Below are positions 27,454-38,810 of a stretch of DNA of 64,000 bases, in pieces (the stretch's first letter is position 1; the number at the start of each line of letters is the position of its first letter). Origin of the DNA: an uncultured Acidobacteriota bacterium (GTDB lineage: Bacteria > Acidobacteriota > Terriglobia > UBA7540); assembly GCA_963804995.1 (NCBI GenBank), contig CAWDSK010000006.1, positions 2,048,001 through 2,112,000 of the forward strand, written 5' to 3'. Under the pieces are notes generated by a model. The model had not been told where the DNA came from. It searched no databases and saw only the letters and a program-made list of their open reading frames with translations. The translations under genes were made by a program, and so were the position numbers.

Positions 27454-28575
27454 ATGAAGAGGGTTGATTTACAAAGCCACAAAGTGCTGACCGGCAAGAA
27501 TCTGGAAGCCGCAGTGTCCGCAGGGGCGAGTGAGATTGTGCTCGCGGAGGGCGCGGTCCTGACGCCCACCGCGCGCGACATCATTCGCCGCGCCGGTTTG
27601 ACGATCATCGGCAACCACCACGGGCCGAGCACTCAATCCGCCGGAACTGGCGCTGCCGCGCCTGCGGTCCAGCGGCTTGCGCCGTCTGTTGCAAGCCCTA
27701 TTCTCTCCAAGTCCGCGCGCTCGGAAGAAGCCCTTCTGAATTCGCCTGAGGCGCAAGTCATCAAGCAGGAAATGATTCGGGTGGGAAGGAAACTCTGGGA
27801 CCGGCAATATGTGGACGGGAATGGCGGCAACATCACCTATCGCATCACGCCCGACCGTGTAATCTGCACACCTACCCTGCTGAGCAAGGCTGACCTGACC
27901 CCCGACGATTTCTGCCTGGTGGATTTGGAAGGAAACCAATTGGCAGGGAAGACCAACCGCACCAGTGAGGTCTATCTGCACTTGCAGGTTTACAAGACGG
28001 TCCCTGAAGCGCGCGCGGCGGTGCACGCCCATCCGCCCCACGCCACGGCTTATGCTATCTCGGGGCGGGTGCCTCCTCGCTGCGTCATTCCTGAGCAGGA
28101 TGTCTTTGTCGGATCGGTCGCCATCTCACCGTATGAGACGCCCGGCACGCGCGAGTTCGCGAAGACCATCATTCCTTATGTGAAGGACCACAACACCATA
28201 TTGTTGTCTAATCACGGCATCATCTGCTGGGCTGACACCGTTACGCACGCCGAATGGTACGTGGAAGTTGTCGACACTTACTGCCGCACGCTGATGCTGG
28301 CCGCGCAACTGGGCGCCGGCATCACGCGCATTCCTCCCGAAAAGGAAAAGCTACTGCTGGAAGTTAAAAAGCGCCTGGGGTTGCCCGATGCCAAGTTCGG
28401 CCTCGAAGAGTGCCAGCTCTGCGACCAGCCGGAAACTCCCGGAGGCATCACCGTCTGCCCCACCACCTGCCCGAAGAATTGCCCCGGCGGGTGTGGCGGG
28501 AAGACTCAGGATGTGGAAGCCCTCGTAAAGACCATCACTGACGAAGTCATGGCCGCGCTAGAGACGAAGGCTTAG
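27454..28575 (+). CDS. Class II aldolase (fuculose/rhamnulose-phosphate aldolase-like), BMC signature enzyme
   Basis: 'DGNGGN', 'TSEVYLH', 'VHAHPPHAT', 'NHG' Zn motifs; C-terminal amphipathic 'VEALVKTITDEVMAALE'. Confidence 0.9.
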   Translation: MKRVDLQSHKVLTGKNLEAAVSAGASEIVLAEGAVLTPTARDIIRRAGLTIIGNHHGPSTQSAGTGAAAPAVQRLAPSVASPILSKSARSEEALLNSPEAQVIKQEMIRVGRKLWDRQYVDGNGGNITYRITPDRVICTPTLLSKADLTPDDFCLVDLEGNQLAGKTNRTSEVYLHLQVYKTVPEARAAVHAHPPHATAYAISGRVPPRCVIPEQDVFVGSVAISPYETPGTREFAKTIIPYVKDHNTILLSNHGIICWADTVTHAEWYVEVVDTYCRTLMLAAQLGAGITRIPPEKEKLLLEVKKRLGLPDAKFGLEECQLCDQPETPGGITVCPTTCPKNCPGGCGGKTQDVEALVKTITDEVMAALETKA

Positions 28576-28622
28576 CCCGGGTTCACAAACACGATGCCCC
28601 AAAGCCCTCATGCGCCTGCACA

Positions 28623-28880
28623 CTATCGGTACACCTCGCGCCGGTGACCCACCTTCACTACCAGCACCGTTAGTTCTGCATCCGAAACGGAGTACACAAC
28701 CCGGTAGGGGCCCTGACGCACTCGGTATTTTTCCTGCGCGGAGAGCTTCTCTGAGCCGGGTGGCCGGGGATTGTCGGAAAGGGTTGCGATTCTCTTTGCG
28801 ATGCGGGCACGGTCTTTCCCGGGGATGGCCTCGATTTCTTTTACCGCAGAGGGCTTGATCAATACCCTATAGCTTTCCAC
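28623..28880 (-). CDS. relE: RelE/ParE family toxin
   Basis: 'YRVLIKPSAVKE...NPRPPGSEKL...YRVRQGPYRVVY...VKVGHRREVYR'. Confidence 0.9.
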   Translation of the reverse strand: MESYRVLIKPSAVKEIEAIPGKDRARIAKRIATLSDNPRPPGSEKLSAQEKYRVRQGPYRVVYSVSDAELTVLVVKVGHRREVYR

Positions 28881-29100
28881 GTCGCCTCAGGTCCTTAAGG
28901 ACTAATTCGAAAGCGAGGTTAGGCTCCTTCGCCCGCTCTTCAAAGGCTGCCAAATCTTCCGCATCTTCAGCCAGGCTCCGCTTCACAGCGTCATTTACGA
29001 TTTCAGATAGACTGCGCTCAGTCCCCGCAGCTTTGACCTTCAGCGCTCGGTGGAGGCTTGCGTCGAAATAAACCGTGGCACGCTTCTGCGTTGCTCCCAT
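28867..29100 (-). CDS. CopG/ribbon-helix-helix antitoxin
   Basis: 'KRATVYFDASLHRALKVKAA...SLSEIVNDAV...EDAEDLAAFEER'; overlaps the toxin start. Confidence 0.85.
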   Translation of the reverse strand: MGATQKRATVYFDASLHRALKVKAAGTERSLSEIVNDAVKRSLAEDAEDLAAFEERAKEPNLAFELVLKDLRRRGKL

Positions 29101-29135
29101 GTGCTGATTATGACGTTTCGATGTTATAACGTCAA
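29101..29135 (-). promoter_or_regulatory. Sigma70 promoter with overlapping palindromic operator; probably leaderless mRNA
   Basis: TTGACG-17 nt-CATAAT-6 nt-ATG; inverted repeat TGACGTT...AACGTCA at 29111-29134. Confidence 0.75.
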
Positions 29136-29322
29136 GACGTTTGCCCGGGCCATGGAAGCGATGGTCTTCAAAGGGGCAAACCCTGCCGCCCACCTGGAAC
29201 TACGGTTGTCCCCAAGGCGAGTGTGGCGATGTGAAATCGCCGCTACCGGTTGCGTCATTCCCACCAGGGCGGGAATTCAAGTCAAACAATGAATCGCGCT
29301 CTCCCCAGCGGACCAAACCATC

Positions 29323-31341
<2,019 letters not shown>

Positions 31342-31442
31342 TCACAGGTTCGAGCACGATGTAGAAGAGGAATTATAACCCCGGTGGGGCCGGCGGGTGG
31401 GAAGCGGAGTTTGCCGCCCTTCTCCAGCCTGCGCGCCGCGCT

Positions 31443-31547
31443 TTGGATTGCGGTAGCAGCAGCTACCGCCTTGCTTCCTCCCCACATTGCACATTTGCCG
31501 TATGAACAGAAGGCGGAAAGCGGTAGCTGCTGCGACCGCAGTCCAAG
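31443..31547. repeat. REP-like inverted doublet (TTGGA.TGCG family)
   Basis: ttggattgcggtagcagcagctaccgc ... gcggtagctgctgcgaccgcagtccaa. Confidence 0.7.
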
Positions 31548-31716
31548 GTGCCTTCGGCACACATGCTTTCAGGGTAGCAAGCGGTAGTGTCCTGGATTAA
31601 ATTCATTGAACGCTGGCACAAATCGCTCAAGAGTGCGTGCATCAGGCGGGGACCAACTCCGAGAGCCGTGTTGCGTAGGCCTCCGGCAGAGAAATGGCCG
31701 GAAAATATTCCCCTGT

Positions 31717-31870
31717 TCAGCACCACCCCGTCGCTCGGCCCCGATGATCAATTTGGAAAGAACACGCTATCGGCGCTCGGCGCGCCACCCCTCCTCATCA
31801 GAGGCGGGGAGTTCCGAAACAACTCCCCTCCTAATTTAGGAGGGGTGGCGCGCCGAGCGACGGGGTGGTT
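31717..31870. repeat. ACCACCCC/CCCCTCCT palindromic doublet with a nested 39-bp micro-insert
   Basis: Related to 57190-57351 and 62099-62194; insert at 31738-31776. Confidence 0.8.
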
Positions 31871-31967
31871 ACGATGGGTGGCGCCTTGGGCGCCGGGGTG
31901 GTTATTCCCTTGAGCATTTCCGCCGGGGTGGCTATCCGCAGTGAGGCGGCATTCATCCCGATCTGAT

Positions 31968-32009
31968 CGGGACGCCGCCATATGGCGAGGTAAACTCGCC
32001 GCTACGACA
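31968..32009 (-). repeat. GTAG-type REP (GTAGCGGCGAGTTTACCTCGCC)
   Basis: Identical to 42350-42391; related copy at 57085-57118. Confidence 0.85.
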
Positions 32010-32101
32010 CCGAATTGCCCCACAGCCTCGCCTTGACACGCCTGCAATTCGGCTGGTAGTGTCGTTATTTGGTAAGGCAGAATTCTGCGGAGTATCAGGC
32101 C

Positions 32102-32497
32102 ATGAAGCTGAAAACTATTTTGACGGCAATCGTTCTCGGAGTAGTGTGGCTGGCGGGTTCAGCAGCCGCCCAACAGCAGGACAAGGACCCCCCCAAGACC
32201 GGCAATGCGCGTTTTGGCGATCCCACCTCCATAGCGCGCAATTATCAGGATTATCTTTATGGTGTCATCAAGGAACTTAAACCCGACGAATTGGTCCTGA
32301 CCAAGACCAAGGTCGGCACGGACCAGGCGTTTAAGCTGAACAAGAAGACCAAGTTCAGCCAGAACGGCAAAATCAGTTCCTTGGACAAGCTCAGCGTGGG
32401 CGACAGGGTTTGGGTGGACGTCGCGACGGATAAGAGGACAGGCGATTTGATCGCCAAGAAAGTTGTCTCCGGGGTTGATATACCAGCAGTTCCGTAA
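32102..32497 (+). CDS. Small secreted hypothetical protein (DUF5666-like beta domain)
   Basis: Signal peptide 'MKLKTILTAIVLGVVWLAGSAAA'; 'LSVGDRVWV' motif. Confidence 0.65.
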   Translation: MKLKTILTAIVLGVVWLAGSAAAQQQDKDPPKTGNARFGDPTSIARNYQDYLYGVIKELKPDELVLTKTKVGTDQAFKLNKKTKFSQNGKISSLDKLSVGDRVWVDVATDKRTGDLIAKKVVSGVDIPAVP

Positions 32498-32590
32498 AGG
32501 GTTGCGCCTGCCTTTCGGCTCAAGCTGCGACACGCCGGGGGGGCGCGGGCCTGATCGAGCCACCCCGTTTCTGCCCTCACGGGCTTCTCA

Positions 32591-33541
32591 TTGAAGAAAG
32601 CTATACTCATTTACAATCCGATTGCCGGGCGGCGTCCCGCCAAGCGCGTGCACGAAATCCGGCAAGCCGCCGCCGTGCTGTGCGACCACGGGATGGAGGT
32701 TGAACTGGCTCCTACGGAGCGGCCGGCCATGGCGCAGGATTTGGCGCAGGCCGCGGCCCGGCGGGGCTTCGACCTTGTCCTGGTTTGCGGCGGCGATGGG
32801 ACCATTAACGAAGTTATTAATGGACTCGCGCCCAGTCCCATTCCCTTGGGCATACTTCCGGGCGGCACCGCCAACATCCTCGCCAAGGAGTTGCGTCTCC
32901 CTCACAATCCCGTAAACGCAGCTCGCCAACTCCTCGGCTGGTCGCCGCGACGCATCGCGCTGGGGCGGGCCCGTTGGGTGGGCGCCCAGTCCCCGCCGGA
33001 GAACGGCCATCGCAGCGCCGAGGCATGCTTCCGGTATTACGCCAGCGTGGCGGGAATTGGTTTTGACGCGCACATCGTCTACAAGCTTTCTTCCAAACTT
33101 AAGGGGGACTTTGGTGTGGCCGGCTATGTGCTGGAGGCTTTACGCCAGCTCGTGCGCTACTCCTTCCCTAAGTTCTCCTGGCGGCTCGACGGCCACGAGT
33201 ACCAAGGCACGTTTGCCGTCGTGCATCGCACTCGACTCTATGCCGGCTGGCTGCATATGGCGCCCACGGCCGACCTGTTTTCGCCGCGCTTCGCCGTGTG
33301 TTCGTTCCCGAGCCGCAGCCGCCTGCGGTACCTGGTTTACGCCCTGGCCGTGCTGGCGCGCCAGCACTTGCGATTGAGCGACGTCACGCTTCACGAGGGT
33401 ACTCCCGTGGACTGTTCCCCCGGGGACTCCTCCACGCCGGTGCGCTTTGAGCTGGACGGGGAACTTGTCGGCACGCTGCCCGTCACCTTTGAGATCGTTC
33501 CGGATGCGCTGACGGTGCTGATGCCGGAAGGGAGGAGCTAG
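32591..33541 (+). CDS. Diacylglycerol/lipid kinase family protein (YegS/BmrU)
   Basis: 'IYNPIAG', 'GGDGTINEVING', 'LPGGTAN', 'GIGFDA', 'LDGE'. Confidence 0.92.
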   Translation: MKKAILIYNPIAGRRPAKRVHEIRQAAAVLCDHGMEVELAPTERPAMAQDLAQAAARRGFDLVLVCGGDGTINEVINGLAPSPIPLGILPGGTANILAKELRLPHNPVNAARQLLGWSPRRIALGRARWVGAQSPPENGHRSAEACFRYYASVAGIGFDAHIVYKLSSKLKGDFGVAGYVLEALRQLVRYSFPKFSWRLDGHEYQGTFAVVHRTRLYAGWLHMAPTADLFSPRFAVCSFPSRSRLRYLVYALAVLARQHLRLSDVTLHEGTPVDCSPGDSSTPVRFELDGELVGTLPVTFEIVPDALTVLMPEGRS

Positions 33542-33650
33542 AAGTTAGGAGTTAGAAGTTAGAGGTGAGAAGAAAGCCTGCTTGATTCTAGCTTGTGACG
33601 CTTACCTTCTAGCTTCTACCTCCTAGCTTCTAACTTCTAACTCCTGGATT
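33539..33650. repeat. Inverted TAGAAG(T/C) heptamer tandem-repeat hairpin
   Basis: tagaagt taggagt tagaagt ... gcttcta cctccta gcttcta acttcta; same family at 39825-40021. Confidence 0.8.
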
Positions 33651-33654
33651 CTTC

Positions 33655-34671
33655 ATGGATAACCTGACTCACACGCTTACGGCGGTGGCCATCAGCCACA
33701 CGGGGCTCAACCGCAAGACCCGATTCGCCACACTCATTGTCATCCTGGCCGCGAACGCTCCTGACCTCGACATACTGACGGGATTTCGGGACAGTGCGAC
33801 GTACCTTAAGTACCACCGCGGCATCACGCATTCCCTCTTAGGCGTCATCGTTCTTGCATTTATTCTGTGGGGTTGCATCTACTGGGTCGGGAAGAGAGTG
33901 CGGCCCAAGCCCCGCCTTCCCCTGAATGCCCGTTGGCTCATGTTGGCAGCGTTGCTGGGAACCGGCAGCCACCTGCTGCTCGATTTTACGAATTCGTACG
34001 GGGTCCGTCCCTTCCTGCCCTTTAGTGGACGCTGGTATGCCTGGGATATCATGTACATCTTCGATCCCCTGCTGCTCCTCCTGCTGGTGCTGGGCCTGGG
34101 AGTGCCCTGGCTGCTGCGTCTGATTTCTGAAGAAGTCGGGGCACGCAAGCCCAACCTCGCACGTGGCGCGATCTTCGCGCTGAGCGCCATGGTCGCGCTT
34201 TGGGGAGTGCGTGCTTTTGCCCACAGCCGCGCCCTGAGCATCCTCGACAGCCGCACGTATTCTGAGCAGAACCCGCAAAGACTCGACGCCTTCCCCTCCC
34301 CAGGAAATCCCCTGGCGTGGACAGGCGTGGTCGAAACGGATGCGGCTTTAAGTGTACTGTCTGTGAACGCGTTGAATTCGGACCAACCCCCCGAGGAAGT
34401 GCGGTCGTTCAAAAAGCCGGAAGCCTCCGCCGCTCTCGAAGCCGCCATGAGGACTCGGACGGGCCGCATCTTCATGGATTTTGCCCGTTTCCCGTGGGGA
34501 GAAGTTGAGGCTAGTGAAGATGGTTTTCTGGTGAGCCTGCGTGACTTGAGATTCTATCGGGGCATGGCGCGCTCCCGCGGGTTCGTCGTCGACGTTGAAC
34601 TCGACAAAGACCTGCGGGTCCGCTCCGAGTCCTTTTCGTTCAACGCTCCACTGCGGCGGGGTGAGGAGTGA
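33655..34671 (+). CDS. Membrane-bound metal-dependent hydrolase (YbcI/YdjM-like)
   Basis: 'MDNLTHTL', 'NAPDLD', 'HRGITHS', 'SHLLLDFTNSYG'. Confidence 0.9.
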   Translation: MDNLTHTLTAVAISHTGLNRKTRFATLIVILAANAPDLDILTGFRDSATYLKYHRGITHSLLGVIVLAFILWGCIYWVGKRVRPKPRLPLNARWLMLAALLGTGSHLLLDFTNSYGVRPFLPFSGRWYAWDIMYIFDPLLLLLLVLGLGVPWLLRLISEEVGARKPNLARGAIFALSAMVALWGVRAFAHSRALSILDSRTYSEQNPQRLDAFPSPGNPLAWTGVVETDAALSVLSVNALNSDQPPEEVRSFKKPEASAALEAAMRTRTGRIFMDFARFPWGEVEASEDGFLVSLRDLRFYRGMARSRGFVVDVELDKDLRVRSESFSFNAPLRRGEE

Positions 34672-34700
34672 ATCAGCCATCGGATCATCGCTGGCTGGCG

Positions 34701-36613
34701 GTTGCGGTAGGGATACCGGTTACCCGGTACCCCCCGCACGGATCCGTACGTGCGCTGGTTAGCGCATACGGCTCTTATCTCGGATGTGTGGCGGCGAACC
34801 GTTGGGATGGCCAAGGATGCACAACGTGCGGAGCAGGCAACCAGCAGGCCGCAAGCTTCCCCAGTCGGTCCCAGTTGAGGCGGTGGCGTTGACTGCGTTG
34901 ACGCAGTTGTGTTCGCCACAGTCGGGTCAACCGTTCCCGAAAGATTCGCAGGCGGTTGAGGTTTCCCGGTACCGCGTGATAGTTGAAGTAGCCTTGCACG
35001 ACCGACCGGAGCCATTTACCCGTATCCGCGATGGGATCGTGCCGACGCTGCCGGAGTTGTTGCTTGAGTTCCTGCAACTTCCCCCGCAGGCGCTTGCTGA
35101 TCGTCTTCCGCTTCACGGTAAATTGCCCCCTCCGGTTCTTCCCGCTGATATGCGTGAAGCCCAGAAAGTCGAACGTCTCCGGCTTACCTTCTCCTCTCCG
35201 TTTCCGGTAAAGTTCGGCAAACGGCCCGAACTCGATCCGGCGCGTTTTGTCAGGATGCAGTTCCAATCCAAACTTCCCCACCCGCTCCCGGAAATCCTCC
35301 AGAAAGCGGTCGGCTTCCGTCTGCGATTGGAATCCAAGGACCGTATCGTCGGCATACCGCACCACGACCACGTCTCCCCGGGCGTGCTTCTTGCGCCACG
35401 CCTGCACCCACAGGTCAAAGACGTAGTGCAGATAGATATTCGCCAGCAGGGGCGAGACCACCGCCCCTTGTGGCGTACCCATCTCCGTCTCCGACCATTC
35501 GCCTTCCTCCCTCACCCCGGCTTTCAGCCATTTCTGGATGAGCCGGAGAATCCGGGGGTCGGCGACGCGATGCTGCACGAACTTGAGCATCCATTCGTGG
35601 GATATCGAATCGAAAAATCCACGAATGTCCGCGTCAAGAACGTAGTTCACGTGCTTCACCGTGAGCGCGTACGAGAGCGCGTCCAGCGCTTGATGCTGGC
35701 TGCATCCCGGTCGAAAGCCATACGAGAAGCCCAGAAAGTCTTCCTCGTAAATCGCCTTGAGGATGGTGACCACGGCCTGTTGGACGATCTTGTCCTCCAG
35801 TGCCGCAACCCCCAACGGACGTTGCCGCCCGTCGCCTTTCGGGATATACGCCCTTCGCGAGGGCTTCGCTCGGAATGCTCCGCGGTGGACCCGGCTGTGC
35901 AGATCGACGAGTCGACCTTCCAGCCCGCTTTCATACTCCTGCCACGTCATGCCGTCTACTCCCGGTGCAGCTTTTCGCTTCAAGGCGTAAAAGCTTTCCC
36001 GCAGCAGATCGACCGTTAAGTGGTGGAGCAAGGCCGTGAACTTCATCTCCCTGTGTTCCTTCGCGGCTTTCCGCACACCCGCGAGTCCCTGGGACACGCG
36101 TGCCCCGCTCTGTGTCGGGTGCGTGTTAGGCCAACGGGTGTTCTCCTTGATCAGCGGCCTTCCCTCCTCATTCTCCGCCAACGGCTTCCCGTCTTTGTTC
36201 AAATGATTCATCGGTACTGTTCCGCTGTCCGACTCCTCGAAAGCGTGCAGGCGGGCTGTACGGCCATCGCCTTTTCCCGCCGTCCGGCCACGATCTACGG
36301 CGGCCGGCGCCTCCGAGGTCTCCCGGTTCTCGTGCAGAAAGTGTCTAGGCGTGTCTGGGGTCTACGACTACGCAGGACTGTGCCGGAACTCGCGTTGGCG
36401 TCCCGGCCTCATGTTGCCTTCCGTTTAGTCTGAAAACGTCGGCGTCCTGATTGGACATTTTCGAAGCTCAATACCCAGCCCACCTATTCCCCTGTTTACG
36501 CTTCACCGTGCGCCTCACGACGCCCAGCGCAAAACTCGGGGCCGAGTGGATCGCTGCTCCTTCCTCGTGAGAAATTTTCATTCTCTGCTTTCTGCCGGTT
36601 TATCCCGGCGCAC
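34701..36613 (-). mobile_element. Group II intron, copy 2 (1913 bp), inserted in a REP hairpin
   Basis: Near-identical to 12445-14357 with the same ends. Confidence 0.95.
34775..36211 (-). CDS. ltrA: Group II intron reverse transcriptase/maturase
   Basis: 478 aa; two residue differences from copy 1 seen (TILN/TILK, GNLD/GNLN). Confidence 0.95.
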   Translation of the reverse strand: MNHLNKDGKPLAENEEGRPLIKENTRWPNTHPTQSGARVSQGLAGVRKAAKEHREMKFTALLHHLTVDLLRESFYALKRKAAPGVDGMTWQEYESGLEGRLVDLHSRVHRGAFRAKPSRRAYIPKGDGRQRPLGVAALEDKIVQQAVVTILKAIYEEDFLGFSYGFRPGCSQHQALDALSYALTVKHVNYVLDADIRGFFDSISHEWMLKFVQHRVADPRILRLIQKWLKAGVREEGEWSETEMGTPQGAVVSPLLANIYLHYVFDLWVQAWRKKHARGDVVVVRYADDTVLGFQSQTEADRFLEDFRERVGKFGLELHPDKTRRIEFGPFAELYRKRRGEGKPETFDFLGFTHISGKNRRGQFTVKRKTISKRLRGKLQELKQQLRQRRHDPIADTGKWLRSVVQGYFNYHAVPGNLNRLRIFRERLTRLWRTQLRQRSQRHRLNWDRLGKLAACWLPAPHVVHPWPSQRFAATHPR

Positions 36614-36838
36614 CAGACCCTAGTTCTTGGGGGTCTGCGATGCCCTGAAGGGACAGGTAAGAGCTGATAACTCATCCCCGTGGTGATGAATTGCTGGAGA
36701 CCAGGACTGTAAGTGGGTTTCGGAATTCTACTGGAGAACTTATCTCAAGATTGACCTTTGGGAATAGTTTCCCTTTGGGACATCGCAGACCCCAAGGTAC
36801 AGGGGTCTGCGCCATCCAGCGGCTTCTTCATTGGCTTC

Positions 36839-37441
36839 TTAGATGACCTGATTTGCAGAAGACCGGCGCTTCCACCACCGGGTAATCAGGGCAAGAGCGA
36901 TGACCAGGACCACCGCGGTCAATGACGCCCGGCCCAAATTGTGACGCAAGTAATCCTGCGCCTGGAGGCCATAGCGCGCGCCCAGCCAGGCATCCGCGCC
37001 AAACCTCAGACCGCGGCCTACCAGGAGCGCCAGCCCAAAACGCAGAGCGTTGACGCGCAGCACGCCGGCGGTGAGAATGAACACCTTCAGGGGCGCCGGT
37101 GGAGGCAGCAGCGCCGCCACCAGAACCGCCACGAAATCGTTCCGCTTGAGCCAGCGCTGAGCGAAGGTGACGGACAGCGGGGTGGTCTTGCGGAAAAACA
37201 ATTTCCCGCCGCCGCGTGCGATCGAATAAAGGACATACGCCCCGCCCATCGAGCCCAGGGTGCTGGCGAGGGCGTAAACGGGCCACCAAGCCGGGCGCTT
37301 GCTGGCCAACACGATCAAGGCCAAATCATTCACGCCAGGAAAGGGAACGAGCGAGGAATCAAGAAACGACATCACGAACAATCCCCATCCCCCGTAGAGG
37401 ACCAGGATCTGACCGAGTTTGGCGGAGAGTGACTTCAGCAT
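36839..37441 (-). CDS. DedA/YqaA (VTT domain) membrane protein
   Basis: 'GLFVMSFLDSS', 'LGSMGG', 'PPPAPLKVFILTAG', 'GRGLRF'. Confidence 0.85.
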   Translation of the reverse strand: MLKSLSAKLGQILVLYGGWGLFVMSFLDSSLVPFPGVNDLALIVLASKRPAWWPVYALASTLGSMGGAYVLYSIARGGGKLFFRKTTPLSVTFAQRWLKRNDFVAVLVAALLPPPAPLKVFILTAGVLRVNALRFGLALLVGRGLRFGADAWLGARYGLQAQDYLRHNLGRASLTAVVLVIALALITRWWKRRSSANQVI

Positions 37442-37706
37442 GCTTTCGAGCTTACACCTTCGAATAAGGGCCGCTCATTCTATGCGCTCCCGCGGCGCAG
37501 CACAACGTGTGATCGCATGGGGGGAGGAGGGACTTGCGCCTTCCCCCACACCCAGGGCCAATCTTTGGGGTTTCCCTAATCAGAAAAACTGATAAGATTA
37601 GTAGGATATCTCTGCACTGGTCTAATGCTTTGGGGCTTCGCTTAAACCCAGCGGGCAATGGTACGCTTCAGGGTACGTCTTTGGGGGAAAACTCAGGAGG
37701 GCAACA

Positions 37707-38771
37707 ATGAAATCGTCCAACGCCGCAACCAATACGGCCAACGTCGCCGAATTATTGTGCGGGACAGGCCAACCGGCGGCAGGGACCCTGGAGGAGCGGG
37801 CGCGGCACGAGGACCCCTCCCTTCTCAAGACCATGTTGGAGCAGATGCTCCTCATCCGCCGCTTCGAGGAAAAATCCGCCGAACTTTATACGCTAGGAAA
37901 AATCGGAGGCTTCTGCCACCTCTACATCGGCCAGGAAGCGGTGGCGGTGGGTGCGCTTTCCACCACCCAACCGGATGATTACATCTTCACTTCCTACCGC
38001 GAGCACGGGCATGCGCTGGTGCGGGGCATGGACCCGGGCGAAATAATGGCGGAACTTTGCGGCAAACAGAGCGGCGTCTCCAAGGGTAAGGGCGGCTCGA
38101 TGCACCTGTTTGACAAGGGGCGCGGTTTTCTGGGTGGACATGGAATTGTCGGCGGGCAAATTCCGCTGGCCGCGGGCACGGCCTTCGCCTCCAAATATCT
38201 GAAGCAATCGCGCGTCACGCTTTGCTTCTTCGGAGAAGCGGCCGTCAACATCGGTTCCTTCCACGAATCCTTGAATCTCGCTGCGCTGTGGAAACTTCCC
38301 GTGGTCTTCATTTGCGAAAACAATCGCTTCGGCATGGGGACTCCCATTGAGCGAGCCTCCTCGCTTTACGAACTTTCGCAAAAGGCTTGCGCCTACAACA
38401 TGGCTCGCACCTGGGTGGACGGCATGGACGTCCTCGCCGTGCGCGAAACCCTGAAGGAAGCTGTCGACCGCGCGCGCCAGGCGAGTGCTCCCACGCTCAT
38501 TGAAGCGCGCACTTACCGCTTCATGGGCCATTCCATGTCCGATCCTTCGCATGGCCACTACCGCACCAAGACGGAAGTGGAAGAGCACCGCCGGCAGGAT
38601 CCCATCAAACAGTTCACCGCGGCTTTAGAGGGGATTGGAGTGGTCAACCCGGGATTTCTTGACGAACTCGACCAGAAGGTTCGCGACATTGTGGAAGAGG
38701 CGGTTGCTTTCGCGGAGCGGAGCCCTGAGCCAGACGCCAAGGAACTCGGCACAGACGTTTACGCGGAATAG
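37707..38771 (+). CDS. pdhA: Pyruvate dehydrogenase E1 alpha
   Basis: 'GFCHLYIGQEA', 'GKGGSMH', 'TYRFMGHSMSDP'. Confidence 0.95.
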   Translation: MKSSNAATNTANVAELLCGTGQPAAGTLEERARHEDPSLLKTMLEQMLLIRRFEEKSAELYTLGKIGGFCHLYIGQEAVAVGALSTTQPDDYIFTSYREHGHALVRGMDPGEIMAELCGKQSGVSKGKGGSMHLFDKGRGFLGGHGIVGGQIPLAAGTAFASKYLKQSRVTLCFFGEAAVNIGSFHESLNLAALWKLPVVFICENNRFGMGTPIERASSLYELSQKACAYNMARTWVDGMDVLAVRETLKEAVDRARQASAPTLIEARTYRFMGHSMSDPSHGHYRTKTEVEEHRRQDPIKQFTAALEGIGVVNPGFLDELDQKVRDIVEEAVAFAERSPEPDAKELGTDVYAE

Positions 38772-38810
38772 ATTAAGTCACCCCATATTAAGATCGATGC
38801 GGAGCTATTC

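Larger units (their letters stand above)
34695..36814. repeat. ~207-bp REP doublet (MITE-like) interrupted by intron copy 2
   Basis: Intron removed gives CTGGCG|CAGACCCTAGTTCTTGGGGGTCTGCGATG ... CATCGCAGACCCCAAGGTACAGGGGTCTGCGCCA. Confidence 0.85.
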
